Assembly: GCF_009914755.1 (NCBI RefSeq) | Contig: NC_060931.1 | Source of the DNA: the human T2T-CHM13v2.0 reference genome, Homo sapiens | Length of the DNA stretch: 64,000 bases | Strand: one strand, 5' to 3' | Part shown: piece after piece, positions 17,256-28,884 of the stretch | How the letters are laid out: each line of letters begins with the position of its first letter | How positions within the stretch are numbered: position 1 is the stretch's first letter | Program-made: the position numbers and the translations under genes | The notes under the pieces: generated by a model | What the model was told of the DNA's origin: nothing | Database searches by the model: none | What the model saw: only the letters and a program-made list of their open reading frames with translations

Positions 17256-17797
17256 TTGTGGTGGAAAGCAGTTTGCTGATTTCTCAAAGAACTTAGAACT
17301 ACCATTCAACCTGGCAATACCATTACTGGCTATAAACCCAAAGGCACAGAAATCATTCTAGCAAAAAGACATGCCCATCAACAGCCCTATTCACAAAGCA
17401 AAGACATGGAATCAATACGTCTCCATCAAAGGTGGACTAGATGAAGAACATGTGGTACATACAGAGCATGGAATATTACGCAGCCACAAAGACTGAAATC
17501 ACGTCCTTTGAAGCACCATGGAGGCAGCTGGAGGCCATCATCCTAAGCCAATTAGCACAGCAACAGAAAACCAAATACCACGTGTTCTCGTAAGTGGGAG
17601 CAAAACACGGTACTCAGGGAGGAGAAATGGAGGGAGAAACGGAGGGGCAAGGGTTGAAAAACTGTTGGGTACTATGCTCTGTAGCTGGGTGGCGGGATCA
17701 GTCAGACCCCAAACTTATCATCATGAAATATATCCAGGTAACAAGCCTGCCCATGTGCCCCCTGAATCTAAAATAAAAGTTGAAAAAAAAAAAAAAA
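17256..17797 (+). mobile_element. L1 3' fragment (older L1PA/L1PB class) with poly(A)
   Basis: gtggaaagcagtttg...ctcaaagaactta; ends cctgaatctaaaataaaagttg(A)n. Confidence 0.9.
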
Positions 17798-18116
17798 GGC
17801 TGGGCTTGGTGGCTCACACCTGCAAAATCCCAGCACTTTGGGAAGCCGAGGTGGGAGGACTGCTTGCTCCCAGGAATTTGAGACCAGCCTGGGCAACAGA
17901 GTGACACCCCCGTCTCCATAAAAAAAATGGAAAAATAATTAGCCGGGTGTGGCTGTGCGTGCCTGTGGTCCACAGCTACTGGGGAGACTGAGGTAGGAGG
18001 ATCACCTGTGCCAGGAAGGTGGAGGCTGCCTAAGCTGTGATCACACCACTGCTCTCCAGCCTGGGTGACAGAGCGAGGACCTGTCGCAAAAAAAAAAGTT
18101 AAAAAAAAGAAAAAAA
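17798..18116 (+). mobile_element. AluJ in the L1 poly(A) tail
   Basis: gggaggactgcttg...cccaggaatttgagaccagcctgggcaac; A tail. Confidence 0.9.
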
Positions 18117-18730
18117 GTGAAAAATAATCCATACTTCCACCCTTACTCATTCAGCAAGTATTTACTGGGCGCCCACCAGGGTTGAGAAAGCGGGAGAAGC
18201 CGACAGACAGGAAAGACGGCTTTCTGGATCTCACGCTCAGCGGGAGGGCGAGCCGCGGCGGAGTACCGGGATCAAGCTCGGTGCGCGGCTGTGCGGGGAA
18301 GCCAGGCCGGCTCGGACGCACTGCTAGCGGGAGAAGCCTGCCGCTCTGGGATCCCGGTGGGAGGGGAGCGGCGGCCGCGTCTGGAGTCCATGGCGGGAGG
18401 GCGGAAAGCCTGAAGCCTCTAGAGGAGCCCCGTCCTGAGAAGCCTGGTCTTGCGGAGCCCCATCCCGAGGGCCCTGCAGAGGGCGAGGTGTGGGGTCTTC
18501 AGGCGGCGGTGTGGCCATGGGGCGCCGGCGGGTGTGAAGCAGACGAGAACTGGCCGGATCCCAACAGGGACTTGATGGGGGGCCCGCGGGCCTTCCCGAC
18601 GGAGACGGGAGAAAAACAGGGCAAGGACACCCCGAAGGGTTCAGCCTGAGCCCCGGCAAGTCACAGCCACAGCAGCCCACAGGTGAGAGAGCAGCGCCAG
18701 CCTCGGGCTCGGGTCTGGGGGTCCTGGCGA

Positions 18731-20096
18731 GGTGTTCGTAATTCGTGGGTTTTTGGTCTCACTGACTTGAAGAACTAAGACACGGACCCTCACAGTGAGT
18801 GTTACAGTTCTTAAAGGTAATGTGTCCCCAGTTTGTTCCTTCTGATGTTCGGACATGTTTAGAGTTTGTTCCTTCTGCTGGATTCGCGGTCTCGCTGGCT
18901 TCAAGAGTGAAGCTGCAGACCTTCACCGTGAGTGTTACAGCTCTTAAGGCGGCCCCTCTCTGGAGTTGTTCATTCCTCCCGCCCAGAGTTACTTATTCCT
19001 CCCGGTGGGTTTGTGGTCTCGCTGGTCTTAGGAGTGAAGCCGCAGACATTCCTAGTGAGTATTACAGCTCATAAGCGCAGTGCTGACCCAAAGAACAAGC
19101 AGCAGCAAGATTTACTGCAGCAAGATTTATTACAAAGGGCAAAAGAACACGACTGCCACAGCACATAAGGAGACCCAGTGAGTTGTCTCTACAGGCTCCG
19201 GCCGCCTGCTTTTATTCCCTTATCTGGCCCCACCCTCATCCTACTGATTGGTCCATTTTACAGAGAGCTGATTGGTCCGTTTTGACAGGGTACTGATTGG
19301 TGCGTTTACAATCCCTGAGCCAGACACAAAAGTTCTCCAAGTCAACACTAGATTAGCTAGACACAGAACACTGATTGGTGCATTTACAAATCTTGAGCTA
19401 GACACAGGGTGTTGACTGGTGTATTTACAATCTCTTAGCTAGACATAAAGGTTCCCCACGTCCCCACTGGACTCAGGAGCCCAGCTGGCTTCACCTAGTG
19501 TATCCTGCACCGGGCCGCAGGCGGAGCTGCCCCCAGTTTTGCGCTGTGTGCCCGCAGCCCTTGGGTGGTCCATGGGACCGGGCGCCGCGGAGCAGGGGGC
19601 GGCACTTGTAAGGGAGGCTAGGCGGTGCAGGAGTCCACGGCGGGGTGGGGGGAGACTCGGGCATGGTGGGCTGCAGGTCCCGAGCCCTGCCCTGCGGGGA
19701 GGCAGCTGAGGCCCCGCGAGAATTCGAGCACACTGCCAGCAGGCCGGCACTGCTGGGGGAACCCGGTGCACCCTCCACAGCTGCTGGCCCGGGTGCTAAG
19801 CCCCTCACTGCCCGGGGCCGGCAGCGCCGGCCGGCCGCTCCAAGTGCGGGGCCTACCGAGCCCACGAACTTGCGCTGGCCCGCAAGGGCCGCGCACAGCC
19901 CCGGTTCCCGCCCGCGCCTCTCCCTCCACACCTCCCTGCAAGCTGAGGGAGCCGGCTCTGGCTTTGGCCATCCCAGAAACGGGCTCCCACAGTGCAGCGG
20001 CGGGCTGAAGCGCTCCTCAAGCGCGGCCAGAGTGGGCACCGAGGCAGAGGAGGCGCCAAGAGCGAGCGAGGGCTGCCAGCATGCTGTCACCTCTCA
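18731..20096 (-). mobile_element. Solo LTR12 (LTR12C-like, ERV9/HERV9)
   Basis: Reverse complement starts TGAGAGGTGACAGCATGCTGGCAGCCCTCGC; repeated ctgattgg (CCAAT boxes) at ~19243-19380; U5 repeats gtgagtgttacag. Confidence 0.93.
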
Positions 20097-20566
20097 GTGG
20101 GGTCCAGGGGTCTTGGGGGGATCTGGGGTTCCTGGCGGGTCGGAGGGCCTGGCGGGATCTGGGGGACCTGGCGGGGTCTGGGAGTCCAGGTGGGGTCTGG
20201 GGGTCCTGGTGGGGTCCGGGGGTCCTGGTGGGGTCTGGGGGGCCTGGTGGGGTCCGGGGGTCCTGGTGGGGTCTGGGGGTCCTGGTGGGGTCTGGGGGTC
20301 CTGGTGGGGTCCGGGGGTCCTGGTGGGGTCCGGGGGTCCTGGTGGGGTCTGGGGGTCCTGGTGGAGTCTGGGGGTCCTGGTGGGGTCTGGGGGTCCTGGT
20401 GGGGTCTGGGGGTCCTGGTGGGGTCCGGGGGTCCTGGTGGGGTCTGGGGGGCCTGGTGGGGTCTGGGGGTCCTGGTGGAGTCTGGGGGTCCTGGGGGGAT
20501 CTGGGGTTCCTGGAGGGATGTGGGGTCCTGGTTGGATCTGGGGGGCCTGGCGGGGTCCGGGGGTCG
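20097..20566. repeat. 19-bp G-rich VNTR (ggtcctggtggggtctggg), ~25 copies
   Basis: Direct periodicity; the spurious ORFs repeat every 19 aa (3 units). Confidence 0.95.
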
Positions 20567-22617
20567 TGGAGCACCCGGTGCTCACACCGGGCTGGGGTTC
20601 AAGAGGAAGGTCTAGGCCAGAGGCGTCCCCTGAGACTTCCTCAGGCTCAGGCAGCACTGAGGCCTGGGGCGTTCACCAAGAAATTCAATGACAAAAACGC
20701 CTCTCATGTGATTCTGGATGGGGAAGCCGCCCCGGCGTGGGTGGGCGCGGAGGGAGCAGAAAGGAGGCGATGCGGCTGCTGGGGTGGGAGAGGGGCGGCC
20801 CCACGCGCCGGGCCAGGAGGGCTCCTTCTTCCCGCATTTCACGGGAGCCCGGGTCCCCTGCCCCGGAGCCACTGGGGCCTGGCTGAGGCGACCCTGCACC
20901 TGGGCCCCGTGGGCTCGAGCGGGTCCACAGAGGACCCCCGGCTGCCCCTCTGTGCAGAACCCTCCGGGACGGGACCGTGGCGGGGAGAGATGCAGGAAGG
21001 GATGGAGACGGAGTGGAATTGGCGGCTCCTGAGGCAGCAGTGTCCGGGTTCGTTGTGAGTGAGGATGATGGCGGGGTGAAAATGGACGAGACCAGAACTG
21101 TGGTCTCAAGTCGGGGCGGCCAGCTGGGTGCTGGGCTGAAGGTGGCAGCAGCCACCCGCTGTCGGGTGGGGCTTCGAGGTTGTCAGCAGCAGGAGTACAG
21201 GGCCTGGGTTTGGGTCCTGGGTGCAGTGGCACAGAGGCCGGCCAGGCTGCTCTCTCGAGGCCGAGCAGTCGGTGCTGACTGAGTCCTGCCAGGTCAGCGT
21301 CCAGTCCTGAGGCGCATCCAGGGCCGTCTGCTGGCCCGGCCTTCACCCCAGCTCTGGCACCACATGACCCGGGGCCGCCTGTGCACAGCTGTGTGCTGGG
21401 GCACCGACCCTCCCTCCTTCAGTCCCTGCAGAGGCCTCGCCTAGAGGCCCGGGGTTCCATGCCTGGCAAGACAGGCTTTGATGAAGTGTGGAGGAAGCTC
21501 CTGTCTCAGCTTTGCAGGGGCCTGATGTTCCCCACGTAGACTCTGCATCGCCACCTCTACCGAGAACCTGCCCACCTTCCAGAAGCAGGCGGTGGGAACT
21601 CCGTGGGACTTGGAGCCATGGCGGGCCCACTGCACCGCTCTCTGAAAGCTGGGAGGGCGGAAATCACAACACGGTGTTGGAACCCCACACGATTCCTCCT
21701 GGACTAAGGCTTTCTTGGCTCTCCTAAAGGCTTGATCCCTGGGGAGTGGAAGATCTGAGAGCTGAGAGAGAAGTGTCTGGATGTGTCTGTGTTTCTGAGT
21801 TGTTCTAGGATCTCAACCCCTGGATTTAGAAAGCCTTGGACAGCGTCATGCTGCTGTTCCCTCTGCCCGCCCATCTCCCTCCCTCCCCTCCCCTGCAGTG
21901 GCTGCTACAGGAGGAACCCGCAGGAGACGGGGGCAGGAGGGCGGCCACCCCAGGCTCTGGCCCTCCGTGGCTGCTCAAATACGTCAAGCCCTGGTGTCTC
22001 GGGTCCCTTCCCTGCCCCTCTGGCCAGGGTTCCGGCTTCCCGTGGCTGGAGAGTGGAGGCTGCACAGTTCTCACAGGGCTCCGTGACTGCCCAGACCTCT
22101 GTAAGGATTCTCTGCGTTTAAGCTCTTTTCAGTTTTATCCTTGGCGTGTGCCAGCAGTGTCCTGTTTGAACCCTGAATCGACACACTGTTCCTTGCATGT
22201 ACAATAACATTTTTTATGAACTCAAATCCCCATAAAAAGACCATCAGATTGACCAGGAAAATTTTTCAACACTAAGGTTTTAGAACTTGAGATCGCACAG
22301 GAAACGAGAAGACATCAGGGACACAGTTATTGAAAGTGCTTTGCTCCTCCGGTCTCAGAAACCCTCCGCCCAGAAAGTACCCTGGTTTTCTGTGGCCCGT
22401 GGCCCACGTGTAGTTACGTTCTCGACCACAGTGTCCACTACAGAGTGCTCAGGGCTGACCCACACATTGCGTTTAGGGAATGAAAGAAGCCACACAGAGC
22501 ACAGAGCTGTGAGGTTTGACCTCCCCTGAGACAGAAAACGCAGGTGAAGCAAATTCATTTAACCCAACATGTGTTAGAGATTAAAAGAGGGCTGCTGGGG
22601 TAGGTTTTCATTTAGGG

Positions 22618-23157
22618 GCCTGCTCCCGCACTGTCCATGGGATTCCACGATGCCTGCTCCGCAGCGTCCGCGGGATTCCAGGATGCCTGTTCCTGCAGCG
22701 TCCGTGGGATTCCAGGATGCCTGATCCCACGTTGTCCATGGGATTCCAGGATGCCTGCTCCCACACTGTCCGTGGGATTCCAGGATGCCTGCTCCCGCAC
22801 CGTCCATGGGATTGCAGGATGCCTGCTTCCACACCGTCGGTGGGATTCCAGGATGCCTGTTCCTTCACTGTCCGTGGGATTCCAGGATGCCTGCTCCCGC
22901 GGCGTCCGTGGATTCCAGGATGCCTGCTTCCACAACGTCTGTGGGATTCCAGGATGCCTGTTCCCACACCATCCGTGGGATTCTAGGATGCCTGCTCCTG
23001 CAGCGTCCAAGGGATTCCAGGATGCCTGATCCTGCAGCGTCCATGGGATTCCAGGATGCCTGTTCCCGCACCATCTGTGGGATTCCAGGATGCCTGCTCC
23101 TGCAGCATTCTGTGGGATTCAGGGCACCATCCCGTGGATTCCAGGATAATTGCTCCT
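22618..23157. repeat. 34-bp VNTR (gggattccaggatgcctgctcccacactgtccgt), ~15 copies
   Basis: ggattccagg at 22741 and 22775, continuing. Confidence 0.95.
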
Positions 23158-23589
23158 GAACCCTTCCATGGCATTCTGGGAGGCCACTTGGCCTAGTTGG
23201 ACAGCCTCTGCTCTGGGATGGCTTGGTGGACCAAGCAGATTTGTCTGAATTGCTTCCACTCCCTGCATCTTTGTGGTGCAAGAACTAGAGCTCAGTGATG
23301 ATATTTCAAGGCAAGTTTCCCTATGCTCATTACTACTTACAAAGCCTCAGTGGTGGGCTAACACATTTTAGAAAGACAATACTGATAAATACTTAGCAAG
23401 AAAACTAAATTTGTTAGTATAACTCCTCAAATAGTTCAGGTAATCAAGGTTGACATCAATTTTGATCTGGGAAACTAATGTATTAATACAGTTTTAGAAG
23501 GGGGATTTTTTTGCCTTGTTAAACCTCAGTAGGAAAACCAAGATCCACACTGAGTGGAACTCTCCTGTGAGTGGGCACTGGCGCTCTCC

Positions 23590-23780
23590 AGCACGTGCCT
23601 GCCATGTGCGGATACTGAGATCGAAGTTAATTAAACTTACGTAAAATTGACATGCCAGTGACTCAGTTGCACCAGCCATATTTTGGTGCTCACGGCCACA
23701 TGTGGCCAGTGGCTGCCACACTCGACAAAGCTCAGATAAAGAACGTTCCCATCAGCGTAGACAGTTCTGTTGGCACAGAG
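23590..23780 (-). mobile_element. MER3 (hAT-Charlie MITE)
   Basis: gccacatgtggccagtggctgccac...gaacgttcccatca...agttctgttgg. Confidence 0.75.
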
Positions 23781-26700
23781 ACCATACGACCACCATTCAC
23801 CCACACGAGCACCTTCCCTCTGTTAATCAACATTTGCATGTGTGTATTTTCCAGTCTCACATAAAGGGCAGCCAAACGGATGCTCTGACCCATTTGAAAG
23901 TCATCACCTCTGCTGTGCAGCTATAGGATTTATTCCCAACACAGAGCTCTGGATTCCAGGTGTGTGGGGGCAGGTCCATGGGCAATGCCCAGAACTTATA
24001 AAGCATGATCTATTTGAACAGCACTAACCTTTCCACCAACGGCCCAGAACCCAGCGTGCATGAGGAGCTGGCGCCGGCCTGACACCTGGAAGCTACACTC
24101 ATCCCATGAGCTCAATGCTTTCAGATTTCCTCGCAACAAGAAAATGCTCTGCTCAATGTGGGTATATTAAATCTGAAGAATGTACAATAGCTCTGATCAT
24201 TACAGGATTCTAAAAACACCATGATTTCCTACTAGAAAGAAAGAATAATCCAGCAGGAAGTGTTCATGATCAGAAAGGGCCTAAACTAACAGCTGCAATT
24301 CCAGGGAGTGGCTCGGTCACAGCAGAAGTTAATTCCAGCACTGATGTTGGAAAGAAGGATTTGAAAGACCTTCAAGTTCTTTCCCCGGAACCAAGATCCT
24401 GTCGAGGCCAAGGAGAAGGGTGAAAGATAATCTCATAGGTTCAAGGCTATCACTTGGGCTTGCCTAAAGGAAGCAGGTACTTTGCTGCTGTCACTTGCAA
24501 TGGTTTGTGGCTGGGCAGAGCCACTGTCAGGGCAGGAAGGGCAGGTGCTGCGGGGGCCGCTAGCCCCTCTCTGCAGAGGTCCTTCTTGAGCAATCCAGGC
24601 TGCGGCTCCTGCATGCTAACCGCTGGGGAGCTGCCCATACCCAACTCCAGAAGTGAACAGCAACCGGCTCAGAAATTTAAAAACACTGAGGCCAGTGGTG
24701 TGTTTACTGAAAATATCAAGCACGTCCTAGAACCTGGCCTTAGATACGAGTATTACTAACCCTGCCCCAACAGTGTGTAGACAGTGTGCCAAGACCCAAA
24801 GCAGCAGGTCCTCACTTCCGTGAGGGGAGAGTCAGCCCAGCCCCAGGGTTCTTGCCTTTGGGACTCAAGGCCTTTTAAAAAAACAGCCCCTCTCTTTTCA
24901 CATGTTTTTCCTTTAAGGGGAATAGAACTAATTAAAATCTGTCAGAGAAATCAAGCACACTCAGCATTAATGGCAAAGCCATCTGACCCCAAACCCAGTG
25001 CTCTTTCCCCTAGAACACCATCAGCAGCCGTGACCCATTTCTAATTAGCCAACAGCGAGGGCTCAATGCAGGAAGAGGGTTCCCACACGGCCAGCCTTCT
25101 GTGTTCCACAGCGTGTGTGTTTAGAAGTGGGTTGTCTGTTCTCTTGTTCAATTCTGAAGTCAGCGCAGACAGCCCTGGCACCCACGACAAAGCCTGCCGG
25201 GGCCAGGACAGGCCTGAGTGTGAGGGAGAAAGCAGATCCCGCTGTTGGCTGCTGTGACGTTTGTTGTAGGAGTGGCGCTTCTGGACGGCGGGTGCAACAG
25301 CACGGCCTCAGAAAGAAGGCAGGGTCTGAGGAGGGTTCTGAAGGCGTCTCCACAGCTGTGACTGAGGCCACTGTCTCCTTTCCAATTTCCTTTCTGAGAC
25401 ATTCCCATGGGGAGCAGAGTGGAATGGCTGCTCTTCACCAATTATCTTGTGATCAGAGTTCAGACTAAACAGTCAGAAAACAGTGTTTCAAACCTACCAA
25501 AAGCATAGAAAACAATATAAGGAAGACACGCAGCTACTAACAAACAGCAGAAAGAGAACTGCACAGGAATAAAATCTCAGTGGGTGCTGGCAGGCCCCTG
25601 TCTCTGGGCTGTGCAGTACTACGGCCTTAGGCTTCACTGAGCCGCGTGAACCGTTCTGGTTCTGGTACCTCACTGGGCAGCCTTAATCTGCAGGTACTCC
25701 TCACAGGGCTTCCATCTCCCCACAGGCTCCTGGCTGTGCGGTGTCCACTCCACCTGTCTCCAGTTTCACTACCGCCTCAGCAACTGTGCTCAGGGCTCAT
25801 GGGGGCCTTTCTCCCTGCTCACTTTTTCTTCCTGTCAGTTCTTCCTCCTGTGTCCAGTTTCCCCTGAACTACCTTCTCCAGGCGCTCCGAGTGAGGGTTG
25901 CTGGCTGGGGACCCTGCCAGTCCCTGCTTTCTGGAACCCACGTGCAGTCTGGCTGGGTATGCACTCCTGGGAACGAACGGCTGTAGGCCCCGGACAACAA
26001 TGCACCTGCTGCACTCCTCCTCACGTGTGCGGAATCCATCTCTTGTCTCCAGAACTTTCCAGACCCACCACAATTGTCTGGCCAGATATTTCCTTTTATT
26101 CACTGTATTTAGGGTCTTCAGGCTTTTTGAATCTGAGGATTGGAGCCTCACAAAAACTCTGGAAAACCTCTACTAAGCCTGTGACTGGCCTTGGTCAATC
26201 CTGGTCTCCAACCCTGTTTTCTGTCCCTCTCTCTGCCTGCACCTGGGCTGGTTTCTTTGTACGGATCCTTCCTGGTCCAGAACCCTCTTTGCATCATGTC
26301 TAATATGCTGTTTAATGCATCTGCTCCATTTTTCCCCCCAAATAAGGGAAACTAATGTAACCCATACTTTTTAGAGTACCTTGTTTCTGGTTCACACTTT
26401 CACCCCAGTTCCCCCTTTTAAAAAACATTTTAAATGCATTTATTTCCTTTTGGTGCCTGATGATTTCCTGAGCTGAAGATTGGGTGTAATTTTACTGTCT
26501 GTCGTTGGCTGATTCTTGTTCATGGTGCTTTTTCCTTCTGTAGTTTGTCAACCCGGAATGTGAGCTGATGTTTGGAGTTTACCCATGGGAATTTTGTGAG
26601 GCCTGGTGGACATTTCCCTCCAGACAGAACCTGTTTGCTTTGTCCGGTACCTCCAGGGCTGCCCACTCAGCAACAGCCAACGCCAAAGTCTCAGCTCAGG

Positions 26701-28349
26701 GCTTCTGTACCGAGGGTAAAAAGGAACTTGCCCTTTAGGAGGGCATATTCATCGTGAGATTCCTGGGAAGGACTTTAAAAATCTTCTTTGTGGAAAGCAA
26801 AGGCATATAAGGCAATTTTTCCTGCTGTCCCGGGGTCAGATTCCAAGCAGCCGCCCCTGCATCCAGGGCTGCACGGAGGACTCCGCACACGACCCAGGGC
26901 CCGGTGCTGCCACTGCGGTCACTCTGGTTCTCAGCTCTTTTTTTTTTTAGATTTTCTTACTTTCTTGAAATCCCAGCTACACATTTTAAAGGATTATTGT
27001 TATGTTTGATTTAGCATTTTGGGATGATTTGTGGTGGGAGTTGTTTATGCCCAGTTTCTCATGTAAGATTTGTGTTTCTTGCTGAATGTGTTTGGTATCC
27101 TTGGTTAGTTTAATTCATTCTATCCAGGACATTCATGGACGCTTAATAGGATGCAGACAGCACGTCAGGCGTTGTGGGAAGCACGGCCGCTACTGACAGA
27201 AGGGCCCCACAAGTCACTCGGCCTGTACTTCACCACAGGAAGTTTGTTTTGGGAACTGTCCCAGAAGACAATAAATGAGCTAGAAAGTGAGATGAATATG
27301 AATTAAAATTTGTGTTTGTCTTCACTAGAAGAATAGAAAGGGCTACATTGCAAATTATATTAGTTTGCTTAAAGCTGGTTTTGATTTTACACATCCCGTG
27401 CTTTCAAGCATTTAAGAAGGCTTATTTGGTTTCTTGCAAAAATTCCTCCATTAAGGTCTTGGGGAAGCAAAGCAGACTGTGAGGTGAGTGCTGAAGCACA
27501 CGCAGGTGGGAAGGTCCCATCAGAACCTCAGCAGCGTGGCCCAGCAGCACACGAAACGGCACGCCCACAGACTGGCTGACTGTGGCTTCACCACGCAGGT
27601 CATTACCGGCAAGAAATCCTTCCTGTAGTCAGTTTTTAAAAACATGAGGCAACTCACAAGAAAACCGCCAGGCTACTGTGTTGCAGGAGGTGGGTCGAGC
27701 AACTTCCAGGGTTTTTCTGGGTTGCACAGACATTCATTCAACCTCCTGTAATAAGCACCAATGTTTAGAACATGGTCATGAGGAACTGTGCACACTTTTC
27801 CATCTTCACTGTGAGGTGAAGTTTATCTTCATTAGAGGTGGCCAAGCCAGCTCAGCAGTTTCAAGAACTGCACAGAGGGTCTCTTCCTAGGAGGCCTCTC
27901 CCTCTGGACTCCAGAACCTTCCCCGGCTCAGCCTCCCATCTTGGCTTCCTTCCTCCTGGGTCCCCAGGCAGACCCTTGGCCTTGGACCACTCAGAGAGTG
28001 CCTGTCCCCATTTGGGGCCTTCAGAGAGAATCTTGGCTCTGAGCATCTCCCTGGCACTGGCTTTTCCATGGGCATCGCGTTCTGTTCTTCACGGTTCCTC
28101 AGTTGTGCCTGGAGCTCGGACCCACAACCCCACCAGCCTCATCCCAAGGCCCAGGCCCCCTCCTTGTCCAGAACAGGAGTTCAATTCAGCGGTAATGAGT
28201 GAACCCGTCCATATCAGAAAGACTGTTCACAGGAGAACAGGTGCAAAGAGTTTTCTCTTTAACTTTAGATCCAGAGGAGACTTCTGGTAAACTAGAATTC
28301 ATAATATACAAAGGAGCCATGAAAAGTGCAGTCACACCGCACACAGCAT

Positions 28350-28880
28350 GGCCGGGAACCCTGCAGCACCTGCTGGATGAAGGCACGATGGTACCGGCAG
28401 GTAAGAAAACACACATTGCTAGACTAGCAACAAAATCCAGAGTCCCATGTCTCTAGGCTGGGAACCCTGCAGCACCTGCTGGATGAAGGCACGATGGTAC
28501 TGGCAGGTAAGAAAACACACATCGCTAGACTAGCAACAAAATCCAGAGTCCCATGTCTCTAGGCTGGGAACCCTGCAGCACCTGCTGGATGAAGGCACGA
28601 TGGTACCGGCAGGTAAGAAAACACACATCGCTAGACTAGCAACAAAAATCCAGAATCCCATGTCTCTAGGCCGGGAACCCTGCAGCACCTGCTGGATGAA
28701 GGCACGATGGTACCGGCAGGTAAGAAAACATACATCACTAGACTGGCAACAAAAATAAAGAGTCCCACGTCTCTAGGCCGGGAACCCTGCGGCACCTGCT
28801 GGATGAAGGCACGATGGTACCGGCAGGTAAGAAAACACACATCGCTAGACTAGCAACAAAATCCAGAGTCCCATGTCTCT
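28350..28880. repeat. 106-bp tandem repeat, 5 copies
   Basis: gggaaccctgcagcacctgctggatg at 28354, 28460, 28566 and onward. Confidence 0.95.
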
Positions 28881-28884
28881 AAAG

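Larger units (their letters stand above)
18190..21350. promoter_or_regulatory. Intronic CpG-island-like region containing LTR12C and a G-rich VNTR
   Basis: Visibly high GC and CpG density at 18190-18730, 19500-20100 and 20720-21350. Confidence 0.7.

Noticed and set aside
19645-21058. Long Gly/Trp- or Pro-rich ORFs (348, 325, 207 aa)
   Set aside because: They are translations of LTR12 plus a stop-free 19-bp VNTR that is open in most frames.
22618-23157. NF-kB site array (GGGATTCC)
   Set aside because: GGGATTCCAG does not fit the GGGRNWYYCC consensus.
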